From a virus, in IMG/VR virus record IMGVR_UViG_3300038607_000022: a stretch of 39,122 bases of DNA; one strand, 5' to 3'. Both the position numbers and the translations under genes were made by a program. Shown piece after piece: positions 16,912 to 24,941 of this stretch; position 1 is the stretch's first letter; every line of letters starts with the position of its first letter. The notes under the pieces are model-generated. The model saw nothing but the letters and a program-made list of their open reading frames with translations, was not told where the DNA came from and ran no database searches.

Positions 16912-17288
16912 TGGCTGTAACACGTCAGAGGTTTAAAAACTTAGCGAGCAAATTCACAAATGACACGTTTGAGGATTTCACGAAGTCTTTTTCGTTTGAA
17001 GAGAAGACTTTAACGCCAGATGGACAAGGTGGGTTTACTTCCGACTGGTCAACATTCGTCACCATTAATAAAGGCTTTGTTAAAATCGAAAGTGGCAACA
17101 AGATCATTAGAGATGATCACGTTGATAGTGACTACCCGACAAAATTTAGCTTCGAATACGTTGCAGGCATCAATAATAAAATGCGTATCCGTTACAATGG
17201 CGAGGTTTACAACATTAAATCAGTTATACCAATCCAAGAGGCTGATGTTTGGATTGATGTAATAGCAGACAAAGCGGTTGCCACATGA
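16911..17288 (+). CDS. Head closure / head-tail joining protein
   Basis: Size, position and the ...IRYNGEVYNIKSV... motif. Confidence 0.65.
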   Translation: MAVTRQRFKNLASKFTNDTFEDFTKSFSFEEKTLTPDGQGGFTSDWSTFVTINKGFVKIESGNKIIRDDHVDSDYPTKFSFEYVAGINNKMRIRYNGEVYNIKSVIPIQEADVWIDVIADKAVAT

Positions 17289-17710
17289 GCGTTAAAATTG
17301 AAGGTATGGACGCACTAAAAGCTAACTTGTTAAAGTTCGCTATCGATACAGATAAGGCTGTTGATAACGCTGTTAGACTTACGGCTTTCGAGGTCCAAAA
17401 GACCGCTAAGGCTGATATTAGAACGCCCAGCGTGGGAACATATTATAAACGCGGTGATAAATTCCACGTAGCAAGTAAACCGGGTGACGCTCCAAACACC
17501 GATACAGGGCGTTTAATCGGCTCTATCAATGTTTCTCACAAGAAAGGCGATATGTTTGCTTATGTTGGTACTAACGTGGCATACGGCCTTTATCTGGAAA
17601 CAGTAATGAACAGACCTTTTCTAGAGCCAGCAAAAGTAAAAGAAATGAAATTCTTCGGTGAAACATTAGAGCTAATGATAGATAAAGAAATTAAAGAGGC
17701 TGGCAAATGA
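17285..17710 (+). CDS. HK97 gp10-family tail component
   Basis: MSVKIEGMDALKANLLKF... N-terminus and gene order. ATGA overlap. Confidence 0.65.
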   Translation: MSVKIEGMDALKANLLKFAIDTDKAVDNAVRLTAFEVQKTAKADIRTPSVGTYYKRGDKFHVASKPGDAPNTDTGRLIGSINVSHKKGDMFAYVGTNVAYGLYLETVMNRPFLEPAKVKEMKFFGETLELMIDKEIKEAGK

Positions 17711-18096
17711 ACGAAGTATTCAAAGCTATTTACGACAAACTAACCGCCGACTTAAGTGTTAGTGTTTATGACCATGTGCCGCAAGATTTGCCCGAGTCAG
17801 ACTATCCCTTTGTGCGAATCGATTACCCAAACTTAAACGACGATGACACAGATTTAGAATTAGCTTGGAGTGGTGACATTCAAATAATCACCTATAGCCG
17901 ATATAGAGGCATTAAAGAAATAGCAGATTTAACAGATGCGGTGTATAACTCACTACACCGAATCAGCGACCTACAAACAACTAACTACACTATAAGTAAT
18001 CTAGTACAAAGCTTTATCAGCACAGTAACCGAGCCTGATGGATTGACTCGGCATGGTGTGCAGCGATTTACTTTAGAGTTTGAGAAGGTTACTTAA
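17707..18096 (+). CDS. Tail terminator / completion protein (DUF3168-like)
   Basis: IYDKLTAD...VYDHVPQD... N-terminus. Lies just before the tail tube gene. Confidence 0.6.
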   Translation: MNEVFKAIYDKLTADLSVSVYDHVPQDLPESDYPFVRIDYPNLNDDDTDLELAWSGDIQIITYSRYRGIKEIADLTDAVYNSLHRISDLQTTNYTISNLVQSFISTVTEPDGLTRHGVQRFTLEFEKVT

Positions 18097-18382
18097 TCCC
18101 CTTATTCACTTCGTTAATAATCTCTCTAATTTGCTCAGGCGTGAAATATAGATTGGTTTTTAGATCTATGTCAGATTTTTTGCTGATTTTGCTTGTCAAC
18201 CCATCAACAGCCAAACTAAGCAATTTATAACTCTTTCCGCCGTTACTGTGTTTATAGTACCAATCATGGCTATGCCTAATAAGTTTTAAAAACTCGTCTA
18301 CTGTATAGCCTTTTTGATGTAGTGCGATTGTTATTTTATTGTGTTTCATTGCTTGCCCTATAAAACCGTATAACCACCCCAT
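18089..18382 (-). CDS. Leftward moron gene, possible HTH protein (start may be ATG 18349)
   Basis: The only minus-strand ORF in the tail module. YTVDEFLKLIRHSHDWYYKH is HTH-like. Its 3' end overlaps the upstream plus-strand gene by 8 nt. Confidence 0.5.
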   Translation of the reverse strand: MGWLYGFIGQAMKHNKITIALHQKGYTVDEFLKLIRHSHDWYYKHSNGGKSYKLLSLAVDGLTSKISKKSDIDLKTNLYFTPEQIREIINEVNKGIK

Positions 18383-18411
18383 TATAGCGCCTAACTAGCA
18401 AAAAGCCTAGC

Positions 18412-18420
18412 TGATAAAAT
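18412..18420 (+). promoter_or_regulatory. Extended -10 element TGATAAAAT ahead of the tail tube gene
   Basis: 30 nt upstream of ATG 18451. Same motif class as 12804-12812. Confidence 0.35.
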
Positions 18421-18450
18421 AGTCATGTTAATTAACAAAGAGGACATGAC

Positions 18451-18852
18451 ATGTCAGTAGGTATTAAAATCGCAGGTCGCGAGGTTACTGTAACCGTTGG
18501 CGGAACAGCTTTAGTAGGCCAGCTATCCAAAAATATTTCTTTCAATAACGAACCATTCGATACGACAGATGATGATGCGTCAGGCTGGACAGAGCTTGCA
18601 GCAGAAGCAGCGGTTAAATCGCTTGAAATGGGTTTAAGTGGGCCACTGAAGAACTTGGAAATGGTCGCCTTTTACTTTGGCGCTTCGCAAATGGCCGAGG
18701 TTATCTGGACTTTCCCTGACGGTTCAGGCTCAACAATCACGTTTGATGCGTTCTTAAGTTCAGTTAGTACAAGTGGCGAAAGCAACACAGGTTTCACATG
18801 GGAGGCTTCTCTAGCTTCTAGTGGTGCGGTTGCGTTTGTAGCGGGTACTTAA
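18451..18852 (+). CDS. Major tail (tube) protein
   Basis: 133 aa, AAGAGGA RBS, directly upstream of the chaperone pair and the tape measure gene. Confidence 0.75.
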   Translation: MSVGIKIAGREVTVTVGGTALVGQLSKNISFNNEPFDTTDDDASGWTELAAEAAVKSLEMGLSGPLKNLEMVAFYFGASQMAEVIWTFPDGSGSTITFDAFLSSVSTSGESNTGFTWEASLASSGAVAFVAGT

Positions 18853-18853
18853 T

Positions 18854-19210
18854 ATGGGCTTGCGTAAAAAACTAGACCTTAGCTGGAAGGGTAAAGAATA
18901 TCCTTTACTGGTTACGATGGAAGTTGTTGACCGTGTGGAAGATCACATCAATACAAGTCTTTTATCTGTTCAGCTATCTAAGGGTGATATTCGCTATTCT
19001 AAATTAGCTAAATTCGTTGCTTTAATGCTTAACGAAGCTGGTGCGGATGCGACACAAGAGGAAGTGTATTGCGAGGCTTTTAGTAATGGCTCTGCTGGCG
19101 TTGTAGAAATACAAGAAACAGTCGGCGCTATGCTATCAGCCTTCTTCCCTGAACAGAAAAAAAAAGAAAGCTCCGCAAAGACGAAACCGAAGGCAGTGAA
19201 AGCGGCTTAG
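18854..19210 (+). CDS. Tail assembly chaperone (gpG analogue)
   Basis: Position before the tape measure gene. Contains an A9 slippery run near its 3' end. Confidence 0.75.
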   Translation: MGLRKKLDLSWKGKEYPLLVTMEVVDRVEDHINTSLLSVQLSKGDIRYSKLAKFVALMLNEAGADATQEEVYCEAFSNGSAGVVEIQETVGAMLSAFFPEQKKKESSAKTKPKAVKAA

Positions 19211-19410
19211 ATTTTACTGTTATTTATGAAGCTTTGGTGGGGCGGTTAAATATCGCCCCTTCGGAGTATTGGCGAATGACTCCGGCAGAGGCTTTTAATT
19301 TGCTTGAGCTTAACCGACCTAAGCACATCAACGGCATTCCAGAAGAGGATTATCATTCTATGATGGATAGACGGGAAGAGCTAGAAGCGCAAGGGGTTAA
19401 TGTTCTGTAA
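19153..19410 (+). CDS. -1 frame extension of the tail assembly chaperone (gpT analogue; fused product spans 18854..19410)
   Basis: The -1 frame is open from 19153 to TAA 19408-19410. A_AAA_AAA lies within the A9 run at 19157-19165. The extension contains ...APSEYWRMTPAEAFNLLE..., a chaperone-like motif. Confidence 0.75.
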   Translation, partial: TEKKRKLRKDETEGSESGLDFTVIYEALVGRLNIAPSEYWRMTPAEAFNLLELNRPKHINGIPEEDYHSMMDRREELEAQGVNVL

Positions 19411-21359
19411 TGTCTAATTCAGTTATAGGCGCTTTAAGCGTCAAAATCACAGGAGACGCAGCCGAACTAAAAAGAGCGTTAAAAGAAACCTCTGGAAGTC
19501 TCGATGCTGTATCAAAAAAAGCCCGTCAAACCGCTAACGCATTTGGCAAGATGGGCGTTGCCCTTGGGGCGGCTGCCGCTGCTGCAAGTGCTGCAATAGT
19601 ATCCGCAAACCTAAAAACAATCGACTCCTTAGCAAAGACCGCTGATAAGCTAGGTTTAACTACCGAAGCTTTACAGGGTTTGAGGCATGCCGCAGAGTTA
19701 ACAGGTGTTAGCTCTCAAACTATGGACATGGCAATGCAGCGCATGACCCGTAGAGTGAGCGAGGCAGCGCAAGGCACGGGCGAAGCAGTAAAAGCGATTG
19801 ACGAACTAGGCTTATCTGCTGAATCGCTCGCGCAATTATCACCAGACCAACAAATGCTTAAAATTGCCGGGGCAATGGAGCAGGTAACCTCACAAGGTGA
19901 TCGCGTCCGTCTAGCAATGAAGCTTTTCGACTCGGAAGGTGTTTCGTTAGTTAATACACTGGCAGCAGGCGAGGAAGGCTTGCGCGGCATGATTAACGAG
20001 GTTGACGAATTAGGCGCGGCTATTAGTCGTTTCGATGCGGCTAAGATTGAACAAGCCAATGATGCTTTTACCCGAGGCACTTTAGCTGCTAGTGCGTTTG
20101 GAACTCAATTAACTGTAGAGGTCGCGCCGACGTTAACCGCTGTTGTCGATTTACTAACTGAAACGAGTGATGGAGCCAGTATTTTAGGCGTTACTGCTCA
20201 GAATGTGTTTAGTGGAGCAACTAAAGTTGTCAGTGTTTTCGCTGATGGCTTGCGCGGTATACACGTGATTATAAAAGCGCTTGAGGTCGGCTTGTTCGGC
20301 TTTAGCTCCATTATGTCGTCAACCATGAAAGACATTATGGGCGGTATTGATACGGCGATTGATTTTGCTTTAGAGTCGATCAATAAGCTGATTGCAGTGG
20401 CAAATACAATACCAGGCATTGATATTGAACAATTTGTTACAGGCGATAAAAGCGCGGTAACGCAGTTCTTTACCGATATTGCGGATGAAGCAACCTCAAA
20501 AATGAGAGAGGCGCAGGCAGAGTTAAAAGATTTATCTTTACAGCCTTTGCCGTCCGAAGTCATAGATGAGTTCATACAAAACGCTAATACGTTAGCAGAT
20601 GAGAGAGCCAAGGCAACTGCTAAAGCAATCGAGCAGAAGCAGCAAGAGAAAACCGCACTTGACGAGATAGAAAACCAAGGCGGCACAGCGGTTGATCGTT
20701 ATCAAGCTGAAACCGTTGGATTGCTCGAAGCTATGGGGATGCGCTTCACCTCAGTTGAGGAAATGCAACTAGCACAAAATGCGCGTGAAATGGAGCTTTT
20801 ACAGCAGCAGTATGACAACAAGCTAATTAAAGAAGCAGAATTTCAAGACAAGAAAACAAAAATAGAAAGGACTAACCAAGAATTGCAGCGCAAAATGCTT
20901 GTATCTAGTCTTCAGCAGGGCTTTGAGGCTTTACGCTCTAATAGCAAAAAAGTCGACAAAGCCATGAAAGCGGCAGCAGTTGTGCAGGCTGTTATCAAAG
21001 GTAAGCAAGCAGCTGTTGATGCGTGGCAAGCTGGTATGTCTACAGGTGGGCCTTGGGCTCCAGCAGTGGCGGCGGCATATACAGCGGCGAGTATTGCAAG
21101 AACAGCTTCAATGATTAGTTCTATCAATTCGGGCGGCAAGTCAATGTCTGGTATGAGTGGCGGCGGCGGTATTCCGTCTGCGGGCGGTGGTTCATCCGCT
21201 GCAGCACCGCAAGCACCAACACAGGAGCCACAAGCTGATAGAAATGTTACAATAAACTTAACAGGTGATAGTATGTATAGCACCGACCAAGTTAGAAACC
21301 TAATAGAGCAGATTAACGGTCAAGTGGGCGATGGTCTGACACTTAACACAGGAACTTAA
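19410..21359 (+). CDS. Tape measure protein
   Basis: 649 aa, Ala-rich and helical, follows the chaperone pair. Gly-rich C-terminal region. Confidence 0.85.
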   Translation: MSNSVIGALSVKITGDAAELKRALKETSGSLDAVSKKARQTANAFGKMGVALGAAAAAASAAIVSANLKTIDSLAKTADKLGLTTEALQGLRHAAELTGVSSQTMDMAMQRMTRRVSEAAQGTGEAVKAIDELGLSAESLAQLSPDQQMLKIAGAMEQVTSQGDRVRLAMKLFDSEGVSLVNTLAAGEEGLRGMINEVDELGAAISRFDAAKIEQANDAFTRGTLAASAFGTQLTVEVAPTLTAVVDLLTETSDGASILGVTAQNVFSGATKVVSVFADGLRGIHVIIKALEVGLFGFSSIMSSTMKDIMGGIDTAIDFALESINKLIAVANTIPGIDIEQFVTGDKSAVTQFFTDIADEATSKMREAQAELKDLSLQPLPSEVIDEFIQNANTLADERAKATAKAIEQKQQEKTALDEIENQGGTAVDRYQAETVGLLEAMGMRFTSVEEMQLAQNAREMELLQQQYDNKLIKEAEFQDKKTKIERTNQELQRKMLVSSLQQGFEALRSNSKKVDKAMKAAAVVQAVIKGKQAAVDAWQAGMSTGGPWAPAVAAAYTAASIARTASMISSINSGGKSMSGMSGGGGIPSAGGGSSAAAPQAPTQEPQADRNVTINLTGDSMYSTDQVRNLIEQINGQVGDGLTLNTGT

Positions 21360-21362
21360 ACA

Positions 21363-21620
21363 ATGGCAATTATTAGCAAACCATCAAATGATGCGCAAGC
21401 TCCTAACGATATAACGGATAAGTCGGTAAATAATCCGGCTGTGCCGAATGCGCTAACAGGCAAGGCGCAGGCAGACCCAGCAGCACCTAATACATTAACT
21501 ACTGAAAGCGTTAATAGTCCAGTCGCACCTAATAGCCTGACAACAGAATCGCAAGTTGGTCCTGCTGTACCTAATAGCATATCAAGCCAGTCGCCAAATA
21601 ATCCAGTAGCTCCGCACTAG
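21363..21620 (+). CDS. Pro/Asn-rich protein made of 14-aa tandem repeats
   Basis: The P-N dipeptide recurs at residues 14-15, 28-29, 42-43, 56-57 and 70-71, an exact period of 14 aa. The N-terminus is paralogous to that of the next gene. Confidence 0.55.
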   Translation: MAIISKPSNDAQAPNDITDKSVNNPAVPNALTGKAQADPAAPNTLTTESVNSPVAPNSLTTESQVGPAVPNSISSQSPNNPVAPH

Positions 21621-21628
21621 GTTTTAGT

Positions 21629-22612
21629 ATGAGTATTATTAGCTTACCAGAATCAAATCCAGCGCCACCCAATGACGTTTCGCCAGTTAGTTTTAACAAG
21701 TTCTTTGATGCTAACGGCGAGCAAGTTTTTGTTTCTGATGGTCTAGGCGGTTACGAGCCTTTGCTTGTGCCATTGCAGTCCGTTGATGCTCCAAACTATG
21801 TTTCACCCGTAGCGCCCTCGCAGCCAATAATTCCAAACAACATAGTTCCAGCGCCAGCAAGGGATAACAGCAACAGGAATGCGCTAATAGGCTATGAACA
21901 ACTGCTTGTTAGTGCTAACGGTGTAACACCCCCTAAAGCCTTGCAGCCAAACACCTATGAAAGATGGGTTGACAGCGCAGGAACAGCCACGGGTGTTTTT
22001 CAGTTAGCAACGGCATCAACTATTGATTACGTTGGTATAGCGGCGCACAACTTGTTTAGTGCTTCGGTAAACCCTCTTGAAATATACACTAGGTCAACTA
22101 TTGGCGGCGCGTCAACATTGGTCGCCACTATCACACCCACAAGCAATAAAGCCATAATGCACGTGTTTGAAACACCTCTGGATAATGTGGCCGAGATAGT
22201 TATTTCAACAACAAGTGTTGGCTCAGGAATTGAAATCGGCGTTGTAATGGCTGGTAACGTATTGAAAATGGAGCAGCCTATATATGGTGGCCATAAACCG
22301 CAAGCTCTAGCGAGTAAAACAACCTATCAATCGACGTTATCTGATACAGGTCAATTTTTAGGTCGTACAGTTACCCGTAAAGGCACTGATACGCAATATA
22401 GTTGGAAAAACCTTACACCTAATTTTGTGTATGGTGAATTTGCGGATTTTATCGAGAGCGCTAAAACATTGCCTTTTTTCATTAAGTGGCGTCCTGATTT
22501 ATTCGAAGATGCTGCGTATTGCCACACAACAGCAGATATAAACCCGACTAACCAAGGTGGCGGCAGTACGAGGATGCAAGTATCTATGAGCGTTAGAGGC
22601 CATGACGAATGA
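21629..22612 (+). CDS. Distal tail / baseplate protein
   Basis: First large gene after the tape measure gene. Beta-rich. Confidence 0.55.
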   Translation: MSIISLPESNPAPPNDVSPVSFNKFFDANGEQVFVSDGLGGYEPLLVPLQSVDAPNYVSPVAPSQPIIPNNIVPAPARDNSNRNALIGYEQLLVSANGVTPPKALQPNTYERWVDSAGTATGVFQLATASTIDYVGIAAHNLFSASVNPLEIYTRSTIGGASTLVATITPTSNKAIMHVFETPLDNVAEIVISTTSVGSGIEIGVVMAGNVLKMEQPIYGGHKPQALASKTTYQSTLSDTGQFLGRTVTRKGTDTQYSWKNLTPNFVYGEFADFIESAKTLPFFIKWRPDLFEDAAYCHTTADINPTNQGGGSTRMQVSMSVRGHDE

Positions 22613-24912
22613 GTTATGAAGTTAAACGCGGTGAATACTCAAAAGAGCATATTAATGTTATTGAGCTTGAGGCTGACTATTGCGCCAACACGTTCGGTCT
22701 TGCGCCGTGTACCGCAACTGGTTCGGGCGATGCTAAATGCGTTAACACGTTTAATAACTGCCAAGACAAGAATAATTTTACTAAAACAACGAAGGTTTAC
22801 AGGTTTTGCGAGGATAGAAGCCCGCATCCTATCGGTATCGATGCAATACCAAACTTATTAAGCGTTAATATCTCACCGACCACAATAGACTTAAAAGGCG
22901 GTTTAGGTGTTCGGGCATCTATTAATTGCACGTTTAAAGATCATCCTCATTCCGATATAGGTATTGATCCATATGTTGACGAGCGCACTTTTATAGCGAG
23001 TGAGCGCGGCTCATTTTGGACTAAGTGGCGAGCAAGAAACCCTAATTACCAGTTTAGAAAGATGCGCCATTTATCGGGCTACCTTGTTGATGGTGTTTTT
23101 GATGCTAACAACTTTATCACAAGGCATTATATTATTGACTCTGTTAATGTGTCAGGCGGTAAAGCGAGCATAACAGGTAAAGACCCGCTAAAACTTACGA
23201 GCAGTAAAAAGGCGCAAGCTCCTAAGCCTAGTAATGGCAAGTTAGTTAATCCTATAAACCCAACAGACACTAGCCTAACTTTAACCGCTGGTACTGGGGT
23301 TGAATATCCTACCTCTGGTAAGGTTTTAATACGTTCAGAGGTCATAAGTTATAGCGGGAAAACAGGCGATCAATTAACAGGACTGACAAGAGGCGAAAAC
23401 AATACGGTAGCAGAAGATCACAGCGTAGGCGATACGGTTCAGCTTTGTTTAGAATACACGGCACAACAGGTTCATTTAATCGTTGAAGATCTACTGGTAA
23501 ATTACGCCAATATAGACCCGTCTTATATATCTATAGGTTCGTGGCAATCTGAAATAGACACTTATTTAAGCGGATTGTTAAATGGGATTATCGTTAAACC
23601 TTTTGACGTATTTAAGTTGCTGCAAGAATTAGCAGAGGCTATGCCGCATTACTTGTGGTGGGATGAAAGACTAAACCAAATACAACTAACAGCACTCAAA
23701 GCGCCTCAAGCTGGATCTGATGTAATAGATATGGATGGCAATATAACTGCCGATTCATTCAGCACAAAAGATAAGCCGGAGATGAGGGTTAATACTGTCT
23801 ACGTTAATTTTGGCCAGTTCAACCCGGTTAAAAAACTAGATGAGCCTGACAACTACCAGGCGACTTATGTAAGGGCTGATGCTGATAGTATAGCCAATTA
23901 CGGATCTGACGAGGTAAAAGTAATAAATACCCGCTGGCTATCACAGAATAACGAGGCAGCAGCGAGACAGTTAGCCGCATTAATTGGTAGAAGGTTTGCC
24001 GATGTACCAAGGGAAATAGGCTTTAAACTTGAACCAAAAGACGGTGACGTGTGGACAGGACAAACAAGAACCGTAAACCATAGGGATATTGTTGATGACA
24101 ACGGTCTGCCATTAAACACAGATTTTCAGATAATGAGTTCTAGAGAATCAGATTTGTTTGAATATAAGGCCTTGGAATTCACCTACGGCGGCTCTCTGCC
24201 GGAAGATGAAGGCGGCGGAGAGCCTGGTGTTGATCTTGTGTTTATTCCGGCTGATGCAACAAATATAAATCTGCGCACATTATACGATGCGCAATATCCA
24301 GCTCCAGACGCAACAACAATAGCCAAGTTTATTTTAGATAACGGGCGCAAATGCGGATCAACATCAACAGCAAGTTACGCGATTGATACTGGAACATGGC
24401 CAGCGGGGGCAGTAATTACCCTGCAAACAAACGCCAGCTCTGTTGCTGCCGGAGCTGGTGGTGATGGCGGTAACGGCAATGGGAATACAGCTGGCTTAGA
24501 TGGTGGCGACTGCTTAATACTCAACTATGACTTAGAGCTAATCAACAATGGTATTTTAGGCGGTGGCGGTGGCGGTGGTAGCTACGGCGAGAACACTATT
24601 GCTGGCGGTGGCGGTGGTGCTGGCTACATTATCGGCTTAGGCGGCGTTAATGACAGCGCACCAAATTTAATAAGCAGCGTAGCACCAGAAGACGGTGGCA
24701 CGCTATCTGGCGGCAGCGGTGGTGTCGTGACCTATGAGCCAATACCTACTGAGCCAGCGATAAGCACAGGCGGTAAAGGTGGCGATTTAGGGCAAGCCGG
24801 AGAATCAGTAGACGGGGCAACATCTGGCGCGGCTGGTGTTGCGATAAATCGAAACGGTTTCACATTAACGCAAACCGTACCGGGTGATATTCGCGGCGCA
24901 ATTGTGGGATAA
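22609..24912 (+). CDS. Tail tip / host-specificity protein with an N-terminal 4-Cys cluster and a Gly-rich C-terminus
   Basis: 767 aa, ATGA overlap. C25, C34, C44 and C51. G-rich region at roughly 24450-24850. Confidence 0.6.
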   Translation: MSYEVKRGEYSKEHINVIELEADYCANTFGLAPCTATGSGDAKCVNTFNNCQDKNNFTKTTKVYRFCEDRSPHPIGIDAIPNLLSVNISPTTIDLKGGLGVRASINCTFKDHPHSDIGIDPYVDERTFIASERGSFWTKWRARNPNYQFRKMRHLSGYLVDGVFDANNFITRHYIIDSVNVSGGKASITGKDPLKLTSSKKAQAPKPSNGKLVNPINPTDTSLTLTAGTGVEYPTSGKVLIRSEVISYSGKTGDQLTGLTRGENNTVAEDHSVGDTVQLCLEYTAQQVHLIVEDLLVNYANIDPSYISIGSWQSEIDTYLSGLLNGIIVKPFDVFKLLQELAEAMPHYLWWDERLNQIQLTALKAPQAGSDVIDMDGNITADSFSTKDKPEMRVNTVYVNFGQFNPVKKLDEPDNYQATYVRADADSIANYGSDEVKVINTRWLSQNNEAAARQLAALIGRRFADVPREIGFKLEPKDGDVWTGQTRTVNHRDIVDDNGLPLNTDFQIMSSRESDLFEYKALEFTYGGSLPEDEGGGEPGVDLVFIPADATNINLRTLYDAQYPAPDATTIAKFILDNGRKCGSTSTASYAIDTGTWPAGAVITLQTNASSVAAGAGGDGGNGNGNTAGLDGGDCLILNYDLELINNGILGGGGGGGSYGENTIAGGGGGAGYIIGLGGVNDSAPNLISSVAPEDGGTLSGGSGGVVTYEPIPTEPAISTGGKGGDLGQAGESVDGATSGAAGVAINRNGFTLTQTVPGDIRGAIVG

Positions 24913-24941
24913 TACGGTAAAATATTTTAGGGTGATCAACA

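Noticed and set aside
12851-17262. Shadow ORFs in the head and connector genes: 12851..13084, 13167..13421, 13623..13820, 13914..14192, 14243..14503, 15341..15541, 16925..17107, 17020..17262
   Set aside because: They overlap strongly supported genes (scaffold, SPP1-gp13-like capsid, connector). No independent evidence supports them.
19715-21580. Long minus-strand ORFs (19715..20080, 20198..20686, 20912..21283, 21356..21580) inside the tape measure gene and the repeat-protein gene
   Set aside because: They are antisense shadows of a long, Ala/Gly-rich, well-supported plus-strand gene. They have no RBS and low-complexity translations.
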